A stretch of 61,557 bases of DNA, filler included, from Basidiobolus ranarum (lineage: Eukaryota), in NCBI GenBank assembly GCA_040143965.1. It is 2 parts of 2 records of this genome, joined end to end, with 100 filler letters (N's around TTAATTAATTAA, not from the genome) between each part and the next. Parts side by side here need not be neighbours in the genome. Positions count along the whole stretch, not along the records: positions 1 to 30,792 come from JASJQH010000096.1; 1 more part is not named here. The stretch is one strand, 5' to 3'. Below are positions 1-14,172 of this stretch, one piece after another (the stretch's first letter is position 1; each line of letters opens with the position of its first letter). Position numbers and translations under genes: made by a program. The notes under the pieces were generated by a model, which ran no database searches, was not told the DNA's origin, and saw only the letters and a program-made list of their open reading frames with translations.

Positions 1-760
1 CTCTTAAGAATAAACTAACTAAAACACACTATCATAAGTTGCTTCTAATACACAAAGTCTACCCCCATTATGTCAAGATCCTCCAACAAATATATCTGCT
101 CTCACTCATCCAGAGGGACTAATCTAAGCGTGATAGATTCATCAGCTACTGCCTTAGGCTGCTGATGCCTTACTAGCCTGAGACTCCCTATGATCATGCT
201 CTAAATGGAACATTTGGATTCTTCCCATAGTAAAATTAGAGTAGTGCTACTGAGGGCTAAATTTTTACTCTAGCTAAAGGAGTGCAGGAATCTACTGGTC
301 AAGAAGTGGCTATCCACACCATCTTCAAATTCACTATCATGCTGGAAACTAATACAAGATGACTCTCTTGTTTTTGAACTAGCTTTACAACTGCATCAAA
401 CAAAAAAGCCCAAAATTGTTGCTATAGAGTTCTAGCTATATCTTTGGAAGCAATACTTTGCCTCCAAGACATCTTTTTTGGCCCCCATTATTCCAAGTTT
501 TTGTCCTATTGTCCATTTGGCTTGTACAGAATATCTTCCTTTCTGCTTACCATCTTTACCCCTTAACACTGTATTTACATCCTCAGAACTGGATTATATT
601 GGTCATCAAGTTAAGTATGGATATGATCCAGTTTTGTTACAATATTTTAAAAGATTAATGTCTTTATTATCACTTTGTTTAGATTAGTATATTAGCTAAA
701 TAAAGTCAACACTATTTGGTGCTTTTCACCCCCCTAAGGTGTTTTTCAATTATTAAAAAT
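1..760 (+). mobile_element. Probable degenerate 3' end of a non-LTR (LINE-like) retrotransposon, truncated by the window edge
   Basis: Only one CpG seen in ~770 bp. Stop-interrupted frames (RDRFISYCLRLLMPY*PETPYDH; ORF 478-687) loosely resemble the C-terminal end of fungal LINE ORF2, followed by an A-rich stretch near 750-760. No reverse transcriptase core is visible. Confidence 0.35.
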
Positions 761-3700
761 GGGTGCTAAATATAATCCGAGTTTACATTACTTATTGTTT
801 TGATGAACTGTTTCAAGGTTTAATATTGGATTGATAAAAATTCATGGAGTTGTGGATCCTGGTTGAATGGACCAGACCTCCTCGCGATACTCCTAACGCT
901 CATGTATATGGCTCTGCGTTAATAATTTCCCTTTAAGAATATGTCCAAGCGCGTAATACTCTATATTAAGTAAAAACTCACAGCAGTATGACTAACATTT
1001 GCAACCAATAATCTCTTGGTTCATAGGTTAGAAACCTAGTTGATCTCTACCAATAGTAATTTGATTACCATGACCTGGCTCGTAAGTACTTGATACAGGA
1101 TAAATTGTTGTCAAATTTGTTGATTTCACAAGCCTAGTTTTCATTCCTTATGATCGTAGGGGTGTCAATGAACTTTTGGTTGTACTCAAGTTTCACTAGA
1201 CCGCTAGGCATTCCTTTTGGAGAACCATTCGGTGATGAATTCCGAGAAAGTGGCTTTCCAAGAGATTTGCTATTCATCCCGACACTCACAAATAAACATT
1301 TAAGGTTGATAGGCTATACACTCGCTTTACATCATCATTGAATCTCGGGTGATCAACGCATACTCTCTCATAGGTAATGCCAAGAGAGCACGTTTGCTGG
1401 TCGTTTAATTGCATGGTGATTCAGTGGCCCCATGGCACAGCCAAGATACCATTTTGGGGAGCTAAGAATAGCGATAACCAAAACGATACGAGGCGTCAAC
1501 TCTAACAATATACTATATTTCTCACTTTCATAATGAGGAGACCTATACTAGAAGTACCCATCTAATCATATTACACACTCTAATAGTCAAATTTCTTCCG
1601 ACATTCTACTACAGTGAACGCATATACCGTAAATACATGAAAATCCGTGTTCACCCGTGTAGTTACCACTCGGTTGAAATCGCACACAGCCACATAGGCC
1701 AAATTGATCCACTTTCCATATTCTTCACAAAGCAATTGGTTAACTGTAGACGCGGAATTTATTTTATACCTATATACTCGTTACCCTTTAGTCAGCCATT
1801 CCGATTGACACAACAACTCACAGTCGTAGTGATAAGCTTACAGAGTCAATCTTCCTAACCATTATGCGGTAATGTGGCTGAAGTTATATATTCAACTTTA
1901 TTGGTAACGTGATAGCTTCATACTCTCATTCTGAGCCACCAGAGGCTCCATGTATTATTAATTAATTTGTCATAGTTGGTTTAATGTTAGGAACTAGGCA
2001 CTTGCTATTTAATATCAATCGGCTGTCATTGATACTCACATCCCCGCTCTACTGTAGACCCAATCAAGCTTCAATCTGATATAGATGAAGCATGCAGTAT
2101 ATTAGGTTATTGCTTTTTGGTTCTGTACTCAGTAAATCAATACAGTAGTACGAAATGAAATGCATTGAGCTTTGCATTGCTATATTATCTATGGCATGCC
2201 TGCTGCTCTTTTGTGGCAGTGATCGATGGAATTACTGGAAACGATATCCACTTGATTTGGAAGTCAGTCGAGTGTCAATTCGAAGTACCTGTCAATATAG
2301 TGAAGGTAAGTTTAGCTGCACCACATTAATGTGGATCCTTAATGATCAGAGTTTGATGACTAATACCGGTTTTATCGATCGAATTTGTGTAAAGCAATGG
2401 ACTATGAGAAATGTGACCTATATATACAAAGTAAATGACAACCGAATTCCGTGTGAACTATAGTAGTAACAGTTCACTTTGACGTGAGCGAAAGAACACG
2501 GGAAAATTGGCCGAGACAAATTATTTGGATTATCGGCCTTGTATGACACTGCATGTAATTTCACACGAACCTAGTCATGGCCCACAGATTCTTGAACCTC
2601 AGAAGTGGTTACTTGTTCCTAACGACGTAAAGGAACAGGAATATGAATCTTTCGTATAATGCAGGTTAGTATTCAGGTCAACATCAACTCTACGAATTTC
2701 TCACCTAGTTGCGCCTTTCAAGGCTGACTGACTTTCTATTGATTAGTGCATTCGTTAGGACATATATAAATAGATGGGAAAACGGTCTGGATAGCAATTC
2801 TCAAGACACTTCTTGAAGTTGGCCTCCATTGGTTTCAATGCTCAAGGAATATTAGTATGGATGAGTGCTGGACTTGAAATCCAACTTACCTGAGACCTAG
2901 ACTTACTACTGACATGTAGCAACACCCTCTCTAATCGAGCTGGTTTGTTGAGGATTACTAAGGTCCCTACTGTGGGTCTTAATCGTAATAATAGGCATTC
3001 TATATCCAAACCTGCTCCAAAATTGCAAACCAATGGCATTTTAGTGGTTCAAAGGTCCATGATATGAGTCTAGATCCTACAAATGCTGTAATGTGTAACC
3101 AAGATTACATCGAGACGATGCACAGACAGACACAAAAGGAAAGGAATACTAGTTTCAATGTCTTGAATGTCTAGAGGGGTTGAGAAAGTGGAGGCTTAGG
3201 TTATAAATTCTGCTCAGTTAATTCACCCGTGTATTGGTTCATAGTAGAGCCTATATTTAGAAACAGTTTGGTTCATTTAGTAGCTCTTACTCTATCTACC
3301 TCTTCTGTTGAATCCCACCGATGAGTTTATAGGAAATAATGGGGCGCTGAGACAGAATAAGCACACGTTAATTTTGGCTCGATTCTGTGCCTGACTTGAT
3401 CTTGCGCATAATCTCCTTTTAGGCGGCAATACTCTAGTTAAATATAGATTGAATTAGTAGAAAATTCTTTCGTCGTGTGCGCGATTATATGTGCCCCCGG
3501 GCTTGATAATGTCCACATTGTAAATACATGGAGTGACTTTGTTAGAACTGAGCTATGGATTTTGGAGTCACCTCATTTATCATCTATTTCTTGGAGGTAG
3601 CTGCTAGCAGTAATTGGCCAGTGAGAAGATTTAATCAGGCCAATGGGAGGTTTGGTTGATCCAATCCCTTTATCCCGTTCTTCCTAATTTTGATTTGTAA

Positions 3701-4519
3701 AGCTGCATGGGACAACGAAACATCTATGTGCTGTGTAGTTCGTCCGCTTTGAAATGGCTCACTAGGTTCGTGTAGTGTTTAGCAATTCTCTGTCATTCCA
3801 TCCCAGCACTCCAATTAAGAGGCTCACTGTAGATCAAGACTCTGTCCTACATCTCTGCATAGATGCGACGTGCTCCATAGAATGGCTGATCATTAATGCT
3901 TATAGTGAATTCTATTGCGGTTTTTACTGTCAACCTGAAGATAATCGCGATTTGAGACTAGTCGTACTCTTACATCAGTCAGTAGTCGTTCGGAAAAGCC
4001 CGACAAGATCTCATACACGCCCCATATGTCAATACAAATGTCTGACCAACATGGCCTGCCGTATCAAAAGACTACAGTGTTGCAGCTTCTAGTAGAATGG
4101 TCACAGAGTTCTTCATCACTATACTTAGTAGCATTGCTATCTCTATACCATGAAAGCGATATCAAATACTGGTCCGGTGACTTTCGAATTGCCAAATTTC
4201 TGACTAAAAAATATTGAAGTACCGAGTTTGCACTTCTTTTTCATCATCAGTTTGTTACACAGATGACCCTAACTCTGGCTAATCATTCAAAGTCTATTGG
4301 ATACACTATTCTGGATCGATAATTGGGATAGAATCTCTGTTGGCTAGCAAATTCTCATTCGTGAAACATTGCTTTGTTCCTCCCAAACTCCACCCTTCAG
4401 AAAAAATAGATAAAAGGATCAGGCCGAACCAATTCATCTCCAAAATCCCCTGATCTGTTTGATATTCTTACTACATCCTCGTACTATTTTACAACCAACA
4501 CAACTTCAATCCATTATCC

Positions 4520-5711
4520 ATGATGCCTCTCTCAAACTGCGATAACTCTGCTAGTGTTCAAATGCCAAAAACACATGATATGAACCTTGAGGACTGGTAT
4601 TATTCCGGTAACGAGCCACTTCTATCTGCTGGTAATAAAGACATTCAATGTCTGGTATAGAAGTATGTATTAACATCTTTCGCTAAATTCAATAGAGTAT
4701 GATGAGAAACAGAGCCAAAACTTTATGTTGAATATGCTACCATCTGTCTATTTCGAAGCTAATCAAGCCATGGGTGGTGGTTTAGCTAGACACGATGACA
4801 AACCGCATATGTCACCTGCTGGTGCTGCTATTAATGGTTCAGTGCGTGTTGGCAATACTGGAATGCCTTACTATCAACCAAATCGAAAAATTGCCACCAC
4901 AACCCTTTTGAGCCCTAACGATCAATTCATACATACTTCACCAATTCGCTCTTCTGGTATAGAATATTCACTACATGATTTAAATACAATGCTGGTCACT
5001 TCGCTGTTTCAATCCCAAGCCGACTCTCACAAAGCCTCCACATATTGCTTGACCCCAGAGTTCAGCTCTAGTGAATCTGCCTCCCCAGATCCATCACCAC
5101 AATATTATCCATTCTACGATCACTCAATCCCAGCTGGGTTCCTTGGGGCACAAGAGTTTTCTACGAATATAGCTAACTCCAAGTCAAATCAATTCATCCA
5201 CGAGACAGATCATTTTATCCAACATTTGGCTAACGAAAATATCAAAGCCGAGATACCTGAGCCAACAACCCCTCAGGTGAGCCCAAAGATCCTCATCGAT
5301 GCGCTCCCAGGCTCTATTCCCAACAAGATTAAGTTCGTCCATTGCAACCCATCTAAAGGTATTCACTCGTCCACTTCTAAAGCACTTCGTTATCACCCGG
5401 CTATTTTGAACGAAGCAAAATTGGGTAATCTGAACGACTCAAACTTCTCCAGTCTCCCGTTTGGTGTTTTAAACTCGGATTTCGATACTCATGGCACATC
5501 TTACAATAATGAGAAAGACAAGAAGGCACATTTGTGTCCATTTTGCTCCCGCCACTTCCGACGTAGACATGATCTCCATAGACACATCCGCTTACATACT
5601 GGAGAAAGACCATACAGTTGTGATATTTGTACAAAAGCCTTCTACCGTACAGACGCTCTGAAGAGGCATTATCGTTCGGAGCATAAGCTATCGATGCCAT
5701 ATAAATCTTAA
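4520..5711 (+). CDS. C2H2 zinc-finger transcription factor with two C-terminal fingers; 2 exons
   Basis: CPFCSRHFRRRHDLHRHIRLH-TGERPY-SCDICTKAFYRTDALKRHYRSEH. ATG at 4520 joins ORF 4725-5711 in frame through a GT..AG intron at 4632-4695. Confidence 0.93.
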
Positions 5712-8700
5712 AGCATTGTCTTTTCTTCAGTACTTCTGATAGTGTTTAAATTTTGTTCATTTCTTAGATGGGTATTTTTGTTTTTACTTGCTCAGTGTAG
5801 AGATTTCATTGATTAATTATCTCAAGGATTGAGTTTTGAATCAAGCGAAATTTACTTAGATCCTCGGCTTCACCTGGGAAGTCCCAATGTAATAGTTGAC
5901 TTACTCTATTTTCATCCAATTGTACTTTTCAATCGCCCAGTTAAATTACTCATTTACATATTGCTATATCCATCATTAAAGGTGGATATTTTTGTAAATA
6001 TCCCTCAAATTATTAAACAATACAACCACAATTGATTATCCAGTCAATTTAGAAGGCCATGTTTACCATCAACCATAGGACTGAAACGCATTCACTCTTA
6101 GTGCTCATATTTGGAAGGTTAATTTGGAGAATACACTGGCTGTGCGCTGGAATGTGTAACGTATATGCTGGATATGAGTGTCATTAGATGATAATCTACT
6201 GTAGATAGGAGTTTCACGGTCTGGAAGTAATGCAATATTGCTTTCTGATCCCAAAAACTTCTTAAGATCAATCCTCGAAGGATTTGGATAAAGAAGGTTC
6301 TATCGGTCTATATCGAGTGATTCGTAATCCAATGCCATAGCAATGATATTATATTACCGTCACTTCTCGTTGGTTATATCTGCTGATCTACTAGATGCCT
6401 TACAGCAAACCAAGCCAGAAATTGTCAACACCTAAAAGGTTTCTACGTATGTGATGTATATCCGCCAATTAGGAATATATCGCCCCCTCTTAATGCCTCT
6501 TCTAGAGTACATTCGTCATAGATCTGGAGTTCAGATAAGTAAACTTACCGTAGAATAGGGCATCTGGACTAGTGGTGAAGTTGGATTAGATTGGATTGCT
6601 TGGATGCCTTAGCAAACCTTGGAATGAGATGATCCATTTTATTGATCAAATTTAGTGTTGACTTGTATATATTAGGTCGAAAAAGGACAAGCTTCTTTAA
6701 CCTAGAAAATAAGCCATGAATCCTCAGGTGGGAAGCCATTGATTGAGTACGGTCCGAGTGGCTCATCTAGACTTCCGATACTCTCGATTCAACAAACCCG
6801 AATGCCCACCTGTGTGATATAGGAGCATCCGTATAAGGGAAGTTACTTGAATTGCTTGGTCAATATGTACGACTCCAGGTAGTAAATAAACGGAATTCTC
6901 AAGCTCGCATTATGATATAATCAGATTTTGTGACAAGCTTGGATGTACAATGCTGAACTTATCTTCCTGTAAATATCTTGAAAAGGGGATGACCTAATTG
7001 TTTACTGGGTCGATTTAGCGTAACTACCACAGTCCTGACATAGTTTAAGTAGAATAAAGAGGAATTAAGATGCGTGGGATGAGGACGTCGTTTGAGACAC
7101 CGAAGTTGGAAACATATGATTGAAGTACATCAAAGTAATATAGAGTGGATTCTTTAGGACAGATATCTCCCATTCAGAACTGATCATGTTGCCTGTGAAG
7201 TGGCAACTGCTAGGTGAGTAGTCATTTCGAATTCCAGGCGCGTCCATTCATACTACCTTATTCAAAAACCCTAATCTCCTCTTTGCATAATGACATCATA
7301 ACAACGGATCCTCGTAATGGTCAGTCATTAGTTCTGTGACCCTACCCATTCAATCTTCAAACCCAAACACACTACCAATGATCTGGAGTGATTTTCTTGC
7401 CACTCCCCTTGTGATAGCGAATAAATATGGAATTCATTCCAGAATTCCAATACGTCCAAATTTTTCATTTACTAAACAATACAGAGCTTACCAAATTAGT
7501 CATGTATGCATTCGCAGACGTAGGTATAAGCCACCAAATAAGGAAGTGAATCTGCAAAATAGTCATAGTTCACCGATTCGTTCATGAAATTAGAATGCTT
7601 AGCCATAGGCACATGTCCTGTGCACATATCCAGTGAAAATTCAATGACCAATTTGGACATATACCACTTTAGTCACAGTTCCCTAACATAGGTAATTTGA
7701 TCAAACTTAGTCAACAGGTTAATTTAAGAAATTATGCATGTTCCTACCAATAGCAGTTCCAAGTTGAACTGAGCATTCGCTAGGCGGATGTATCGTATGA
7801 AGCGCTTTTAAGCTCATTCGATGAGTAATTGCGGATCCCTCAGCTGTCAAACGTTGAACGAATGGATTTTTTTTACCCGGTTGTTGGTAGTGGGATTGTA
7901 CTCACTATAGAGCAGCGTCTGCTGTAGTGTTAATATGGCAGAGTGAGTAAAGTGATTACGAGACTGGTATGAGATAGCAAGTGGGTCCTAATTATCAAGG
8001 AAATAGCCGTACTATCCATTCTGAACCAAAGGATATCATTCTAAAAACCTATCACAATAAGGTAACACCACTGCGGTGACGAATGGTGTATTTGTTACAC
8101 AGAAAATGCTTTATCGGTCAGGTGGCGATTGTGACGCTGCCGAAGAACCCTCAGTCTAATCATGATTCTCAAAGAGTAACGGACATTCTAAGACTACCAA
8201 GTATTTCCTAATAGCTCAATGCAGACATTTGTGCACAGGATCTTGTCTCGCTCCCACTCAAGCCACCGCGCCATGGCGTTACTGAGACCAATCAATCACT
8301 CACGAATATTGTCAAACTTAATAAAGATTCTTGGCTCATATAATAGGCCTTCTCGTTTAGTAAAGGAGATAGCTATAAATGCATAATCTAAATAAGAAAA
8401 TATACGGTTTACCTGCCTGTCCCATTTAAACTTTAGCTCACCATGGACAATGTATACTATAATCGAATAATTGGAATGCACAATATCTGAAACTCTTGTA
8501 GTGAGAACTTCAGTTTATCGCAACACTCCCATACCTCACACTGTTGATTGGTTGTCAAGGATGGATCAACTGACTAATTCATACAATTAAATTAACGTTC
8601 AGCTGAAATATAAAAACAGTACTCGGTTTACTGGTTGTGCGTATCAATCTAGCCAACTAGGCCGGGAAAACCTCTTCAAACAAGCCAAAATGTAGAACCC

Positions 8701-9313
8701 AACCAGTGGATGCATATTTGAGTGGATCAGATAATTGAAAACTTCTCTACACAGTTGATTCGGATAATGTAGATAAGGAATTTTTCATGAATCATCACTT
8801 CTGATAGTGTAACTACTATAGTAACAAATATATCTGATGATCCAGGACGAATCAAAAACTATGGGATTCTTGATAATCGTCGATGGAGCTCTACAATTTA
8901 TTCATTTGATTGAGTACAATCGGAGTAAAATTCCATCAACCCTGGTAAATCAAAAGATGGGAACTCAAACGGAATTCCGCTGAAGCACTCGTAGATCAAG
9001 ATACTAGCGGAGCAGGTAGCATCTATCTTTTAGTGGGTAAAAAGGTAATTGACCCTGGATATTGTGGGAGATACCAAATCATTCATTTCACTGATATATG
9101 ACAGATGATAGCAAAGTCTATATACCTCCATAACGCTCAGTAATTGTAGATTGAACCCGTATACAGGTACGATTGAAAACTTTAGAATAGCCGGCCTTAC
9201 AGAGATTTATAAGAATTACTAGAGTGTTCACTGAATATTGCAAAAGAGACATAGCTAGATTCCTTTATAGAATAGTATTGCAATGGCCCTGCATGATAAT
9301 TTCATGAAGATAG

Positions 9314-9660
9314 TGTTGAAGTATTTGGGAGCCTGTTGGAAGTGGTTTGGAGAATTAGAGAAATTGGTGGTTTCGCTTATTGATTTATTGAGTATTCAGT
9401 TGACATTTATAGTTTTGTCAAGATGTAAGCAAACCAACATGTAGAATGTGTTAAGGAAGGTCCCAGGAACATGTGTGCAAAGTTTGGGACCTTGAGCACA
9501 AGTTTGAAAAGATCTATATATCTGAGAACTTCTAAGTTGGTAAAATATTCTAAGTAAATTCCTCAGGAGAATAATGGGTAATATCTTAGTGAAGTATAAG
9601 ATAACCAAGTACTAAGCTATAAGTGACTATATAGGTGCCTAGGCAATGCTAATTTCAATA
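9314..9660 (-). mobile_element. Ty1/copia LTR (3' LTR of a minus-strand remnant element)
   Basis: Termini TGTTG...TTTCAATA. Abuts CTCTCCCTCAATT (9661-9673), a polypurine tract on the minus strand. Homologous to 10730-11070 (inverted) and 31211-31498. Confidence 0.85.
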
Positions 9661-9688
9661 CTCTCCCTCAATTGAATAGTCATATAAT

Positions 9689-9960
9689 CTAATCATAGGA
9701 AAGTCTAAATTTTTCAAATTTCTGTCTTGCTAATGGTTTGGTAAATATGTCAACAATCATGTCTTCTGTAGAACAATAAGTAAAGTCAATAAACTTATGC
9801 TCTATAGTCTCTCTAATAAAATGATGTCTGATATCTATATTATTGCTTCTAGTATGAAATGTGAGATTTCTAGCTAATTTGATATAGCTTTGATTATCTT
9901 GAAATATTATAATTGGTGAATTTTGAGAGTAGCCCAAATCTGTGAGGAGTTTTCTTCACC
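9689..9960 (-). mobile_element. Ty1/copia pol RNase H remnant
   Basis: PIIIFQDNQSYIKLARN..FHTRSNNIDIRHHFIRE...YCSTEDMIVDIFTKPL matches the copia RNase H consensus (DNxxAI..H.R.KHIDIRxHFIR...Q.AD.FTKxL). Confidence 0.92.
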
Positions 9961-9961
9961 A

Positions 9962-10000
9962 TGTGACTAGATAGGTGTTTAGGCAATGCTAATTTCAACA
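9962..10000 (-). mobile_element. Short LTR terminal fragment
   Basis: TGTGACTAGATAGGTGTTTAGGCAATGCTAATTTCAACA closely repeats 9622-9660. Confidence 0.75.
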
Positions 10001-10339
10001 AACTGTGTGGTTGTTGTTCACATTATATATACATAGATATATATGGCATTTAGATATTTGTTTCAGATTCAGAGCAAATTTGACAAGCTGCTAGTGATTG
10101 TATAGAGTGCTAGGTGCTTAAACCAGCTATATTTTACCTTCATATTATTCAAATTGGAGTTGTAGAAATGTATGAAACATTGAATATATAATATCATTGT
10201 TGAGAGTAAGAGAATCCATAGCAAGTCAACATTTTTGTTCAATAGTGAATTTTCTGTTGCAGATGTTCTGCAATGACCACTCAAACCTACTCATGTATCC
10301 ACCATAATATAGACATATATGTGGAAGTAATATAGCTCC

Positions 10340-10729
10340 ACATCTATATAGTCATAGAGTTAGCTACATTATTTATCATTGAATATCTTCACTAAGAATT
10401 TGCTTTGAATATCTTAGCCATCTTGGAAGCTCTTAGTTTTTGTGATTTTCTTAAATTGTACAAAAGTCCCCAAACTTTGTACCCATGTTTCAGGGATCTT
10501 TTTTAACACATTATACTGATTGGTTTGTCCACTTCTTCATTAGCACAGCCCAAGCATCTATATAGTCATATATAGCTCAGCATTTATTTATCCCTAATTT
10601 CATTAAGATATCACTCACCATTCCCAATTGGAGTTCACTCAGAATCATTTTACCAACTTAGAAGCTCTCATGTTTATAGAATTTTCAAGCTTGTTCTACA
10701 GACTCCAAGCTTTGTGCACATGTTTCTTG
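10340..10729 (+). mobile_element. Two partial, diverged LTR copies of the same family (~10340-10535 and ~10545-10729)
   Basis: Each repeats the blocks CATCTATATAGTCATA, (A)CTT(A/G)GAAGCTCT and CTTTGT(A/G)C.CATGTTTC, which align with the LTR at 10730-11070. Confidence 0.7.
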
Positions 10730-11070
10730 TGTTGAAATAAGCATTGCCTAAACACCTATATAGTCATATATAGCTTAGTACTGAGTTATCCTAGTTTTTC
10801 ACTAAGATATCACCCATTATTCTCAATTGGAATTTACTTAGAATATTTTTACCAACTTAGAAGTTCTCAGATACATAGATTCTTCAAAGAAGCCCCACAC
10901 TTTGCACACATGTTCCTGGGACATTCCTTAATACATTCTATGCATTAGTTTGCTTACATCTTGACAAAAGTATAAATATCAACTTCCAACTCAATAAATC
11001 AATAAGTGAAAACCATCAATTTCTCTAATTCTTCAAACCACTTCCAAGAGCCTCCCAAAATACTTTAACA
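10730..11070 (+). mobile_element. Ty1/copia LTR, inverted relative to 9314-9660
   Basis: TGTTGAAATAAGCATTGCCTA...CCACTTCCAAGAGCCTCCCAAAATACTTTAACA aligns with the reverse complement of 9314-9660 along its length. Confidence 0.85.
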
Positions 11071-14000
11071 GCATGTTCCTTAGTGTGCATCTAGAGTTGT
11101 AAGCTTTTAAGCTCATGTATTATGAGAGAACATTTTATTTGGAGTTGAGCATTTATTGCTAAATTTACTAAAATAGATAGCATACTCGCTGGATGGAAAT
11201 GAAGAACTTCACCTGTTAGAGTTCCTCGTATTGTGTCACAGTGAACAGTAATGGAGACTTCTGAACCATATGGATCAAAAAGGAAATTAGGTATGGAATC
11301 ATGCCAAGATTCAATGCATATAAGTACTGCTGGTTTTGATTAGCAAGACTGAATAATGGCAAATGTTTGCTACATTCTGTATAGATAGGACTGAGGTTTA
11401 AGAAATGCTGGAGGGGGGAACCAGAAGTAATAGTGGGATACCAAATCAAATTAACTGTTGGATACTGTTTAACTTTCTAACGAGTTGTAGAACCAAGAGG
11501 ACGTAATAACAACTCAATAATACAATTGTCAAAGCTGATATTAAATATACGTTCGTTATGGTCCATTCATATCAGATTCAATGTTTTCTTAACTCCACTT
11601 TTAAGAAGTAAATGCCGCGTCCTACACTAGTCGTATTTCTTGTTTGAAAACAATGCTCTATTTCCCTAGAATAAGTCCGTAAGTGAAAATCGCATATGAG
11701 TTTGTATAGACTAAGCACCGGCTTAATAAGGACAAATACAAAAAAATATGGAGTATGTTCTGCTCTAGAAAGCATTACATATATTATCCAACCATTTTCG
11801 TCCTGTCCTTAAGCAAGCGGTTCGACTACCATATATTTCGACTTCCAACATGATTATGATAGTAAACATAGTCTACACCAAGAAATCCCCATTAGATGCA
11901 TTAATCCACTAGAGTTGATAAACTTCATTCAGTCCCATAATTCCCGAAATTGCGGTTTTAAGAAAACTACCCATCTAAAGTAATTTTGAGTAATCACATT
12001 CTGGATATATCCAAGATCTCAGCACAAATACGTGATTGAACCGGCATGATAAGTATTGGGAAATACAATATTGCCGGATTATCCAAAACCATCCTTCCAT
12101 CGCTAATTTTATGAGTTTAGTGCTATTGACTTCATAAAGTAGTTGAATTCCATGACTCTGCAAGTGAATGAACAAACCGTTTACATGCCAGGGAGGGAGC
12201 TGCCAGAGATTTAATTACTATGAATGCTATTAATGCACCCGGAATCTTACGCATTCAGAATAGCGTGATGTGAGTGAAGTACGGAATATAGTCTAAAACT
12301 GGATAATCATTGCGAAAACTTGTTGAAAGATGCGCAAATACTTTTATCCTTTCTCCATTTCATCTATATGAACTTAGGGTTGGCCAAATACTTGGAAATC
12401 ATATGTTTATCATATCCCAAGTCTATACTTGTCCATGATAGTTAACTAGACCCTAATTTGTGCATTCTTAGATTACCTAGGTCCTGGATCGGGCAAATCA
12501 CATGCATGCTAAGGAAACACTAGGATTCACCACCATTACCATTGGCTATATAGGTGGAGTGAGATTTGTAGATACCAGATGCCAAATTTTGGAGTAGCAG
12601 GAATGCTTGTAAGTTAACCGGAAAGGCTGAAACATCCACCTTTCTCAATAACCACAGTTTATCAAAGAATCTTATCTTTAGAAGCTATGAGAAATCATTG
12701 TTTTGTTTGGGTTTGTTCGACACAGATTTCTAGACACAAACTTTCATCAAACGCTAGCTTCACTTCCAGAAATAAATAGGAGTATTGGTGGTTATCAACT
12801 GATCCCCAATTGCATATTACTATGCACTGTGTACGTGAATATTTTACCACATTTCGAGTGTCAACTTGTTACTTTGATATACCTGAACGTAACGAGTTTT
12901 GAGGGATGCCATATGCACGTAGCACTGGTCCTTTGGGGGTTTAGTCATTAATTAGCGACCTCAGCACATGGCTCTATCGACGAAAATAGTAGCTATCATC
13001 TGAGTTGTTAGTAATATAACCATAGTCATGCTATTGTGAGGGTTGGGAGGCAGCTCAGTAACTCATTAAGATGAAACATAATGGGAGCAACAAATGCTTG
13101 TACATTATAGAGATTCTTCAACTGCTCATATAACTAAATCGATGCGGGAGAAAGAGACCTTTCTGCAACTATAGAAGGCCTAAGATCGTGCATACAAACA
13201 CTGAAACATTGTTTAAAATGAGGAAATTCTGGCTAATATTGAAAAGTTATAGTTAACCTCATTGACCAATCTGGATCTGTATCTCTTGCTTCTAATTGGC
13301 CATCATGTATGGGATAGTACCGAGTGTATTGCATGCTAACCCTTCTAATGGTGCATGGAAACTGTGCACATAATCCAGTATTCTTTCTTTTGGAAACCTG
13401 ACATACTTGAATTAATAATACAGGTCCAACCAGAGGACAAATGAAATCCTCTGATGTTCTCGTATGATTGAGTAACCTACCTTAAGGACTCGTGCCGCTT
13501 CGCATAACATATTCAACCAGATGCCGATGGCTTTAATGGTTAGTATCCACAATCAATGGAAATCAGGTATGGCTGCACTTGGTCTTTCCGATGAATGGAT
13601 TCCGCACATGAATGCCTATATGTGTGGAAGCCCACTCACTAGAAGATATAAGGGGATCTGTATCACATTTTGATAGAATAACCGGATAGTCTAATAAATA
13701 TCACGGTCAACCGAAGCATCATATGGAATTAAATTAGCCGTATTCGGCTGATTGTGTCTGGTTGATTGAATGCCTCAGAAAGAGCTCTCCTGACCGCATG
13801 GTATTCAATGAATGACAAGTTTGGTCTCAAAGTATGCCAGATCTAGCAGCAGGATTTTATCCATTATAAGCTTTGAATTTAGACTTGTAGAGGAATCGAG
13901 CAGATTCTCTGAATGGACATCACTTAAAGCACATGGGGTCAAGTACCAGTCACACCCTATATTGCTATTTAAATTAACGATTCCTCTTGATGAAATTTAC

Positions 14001-14172
14001 TACGTTATAAAGCAACACTTTAATGCGTTACGGCTATCTAGAGGGTAAATCTGGTAATATGGACCATGCAATATCTGGGGTATTTGATATCTTTTCTAAT
14101 TAGCAAGGTCTTCTTTACATCATTCATATTCTAGGTCAAGGGTATTTCAGCAAGATCGTCACACCTCCACAC

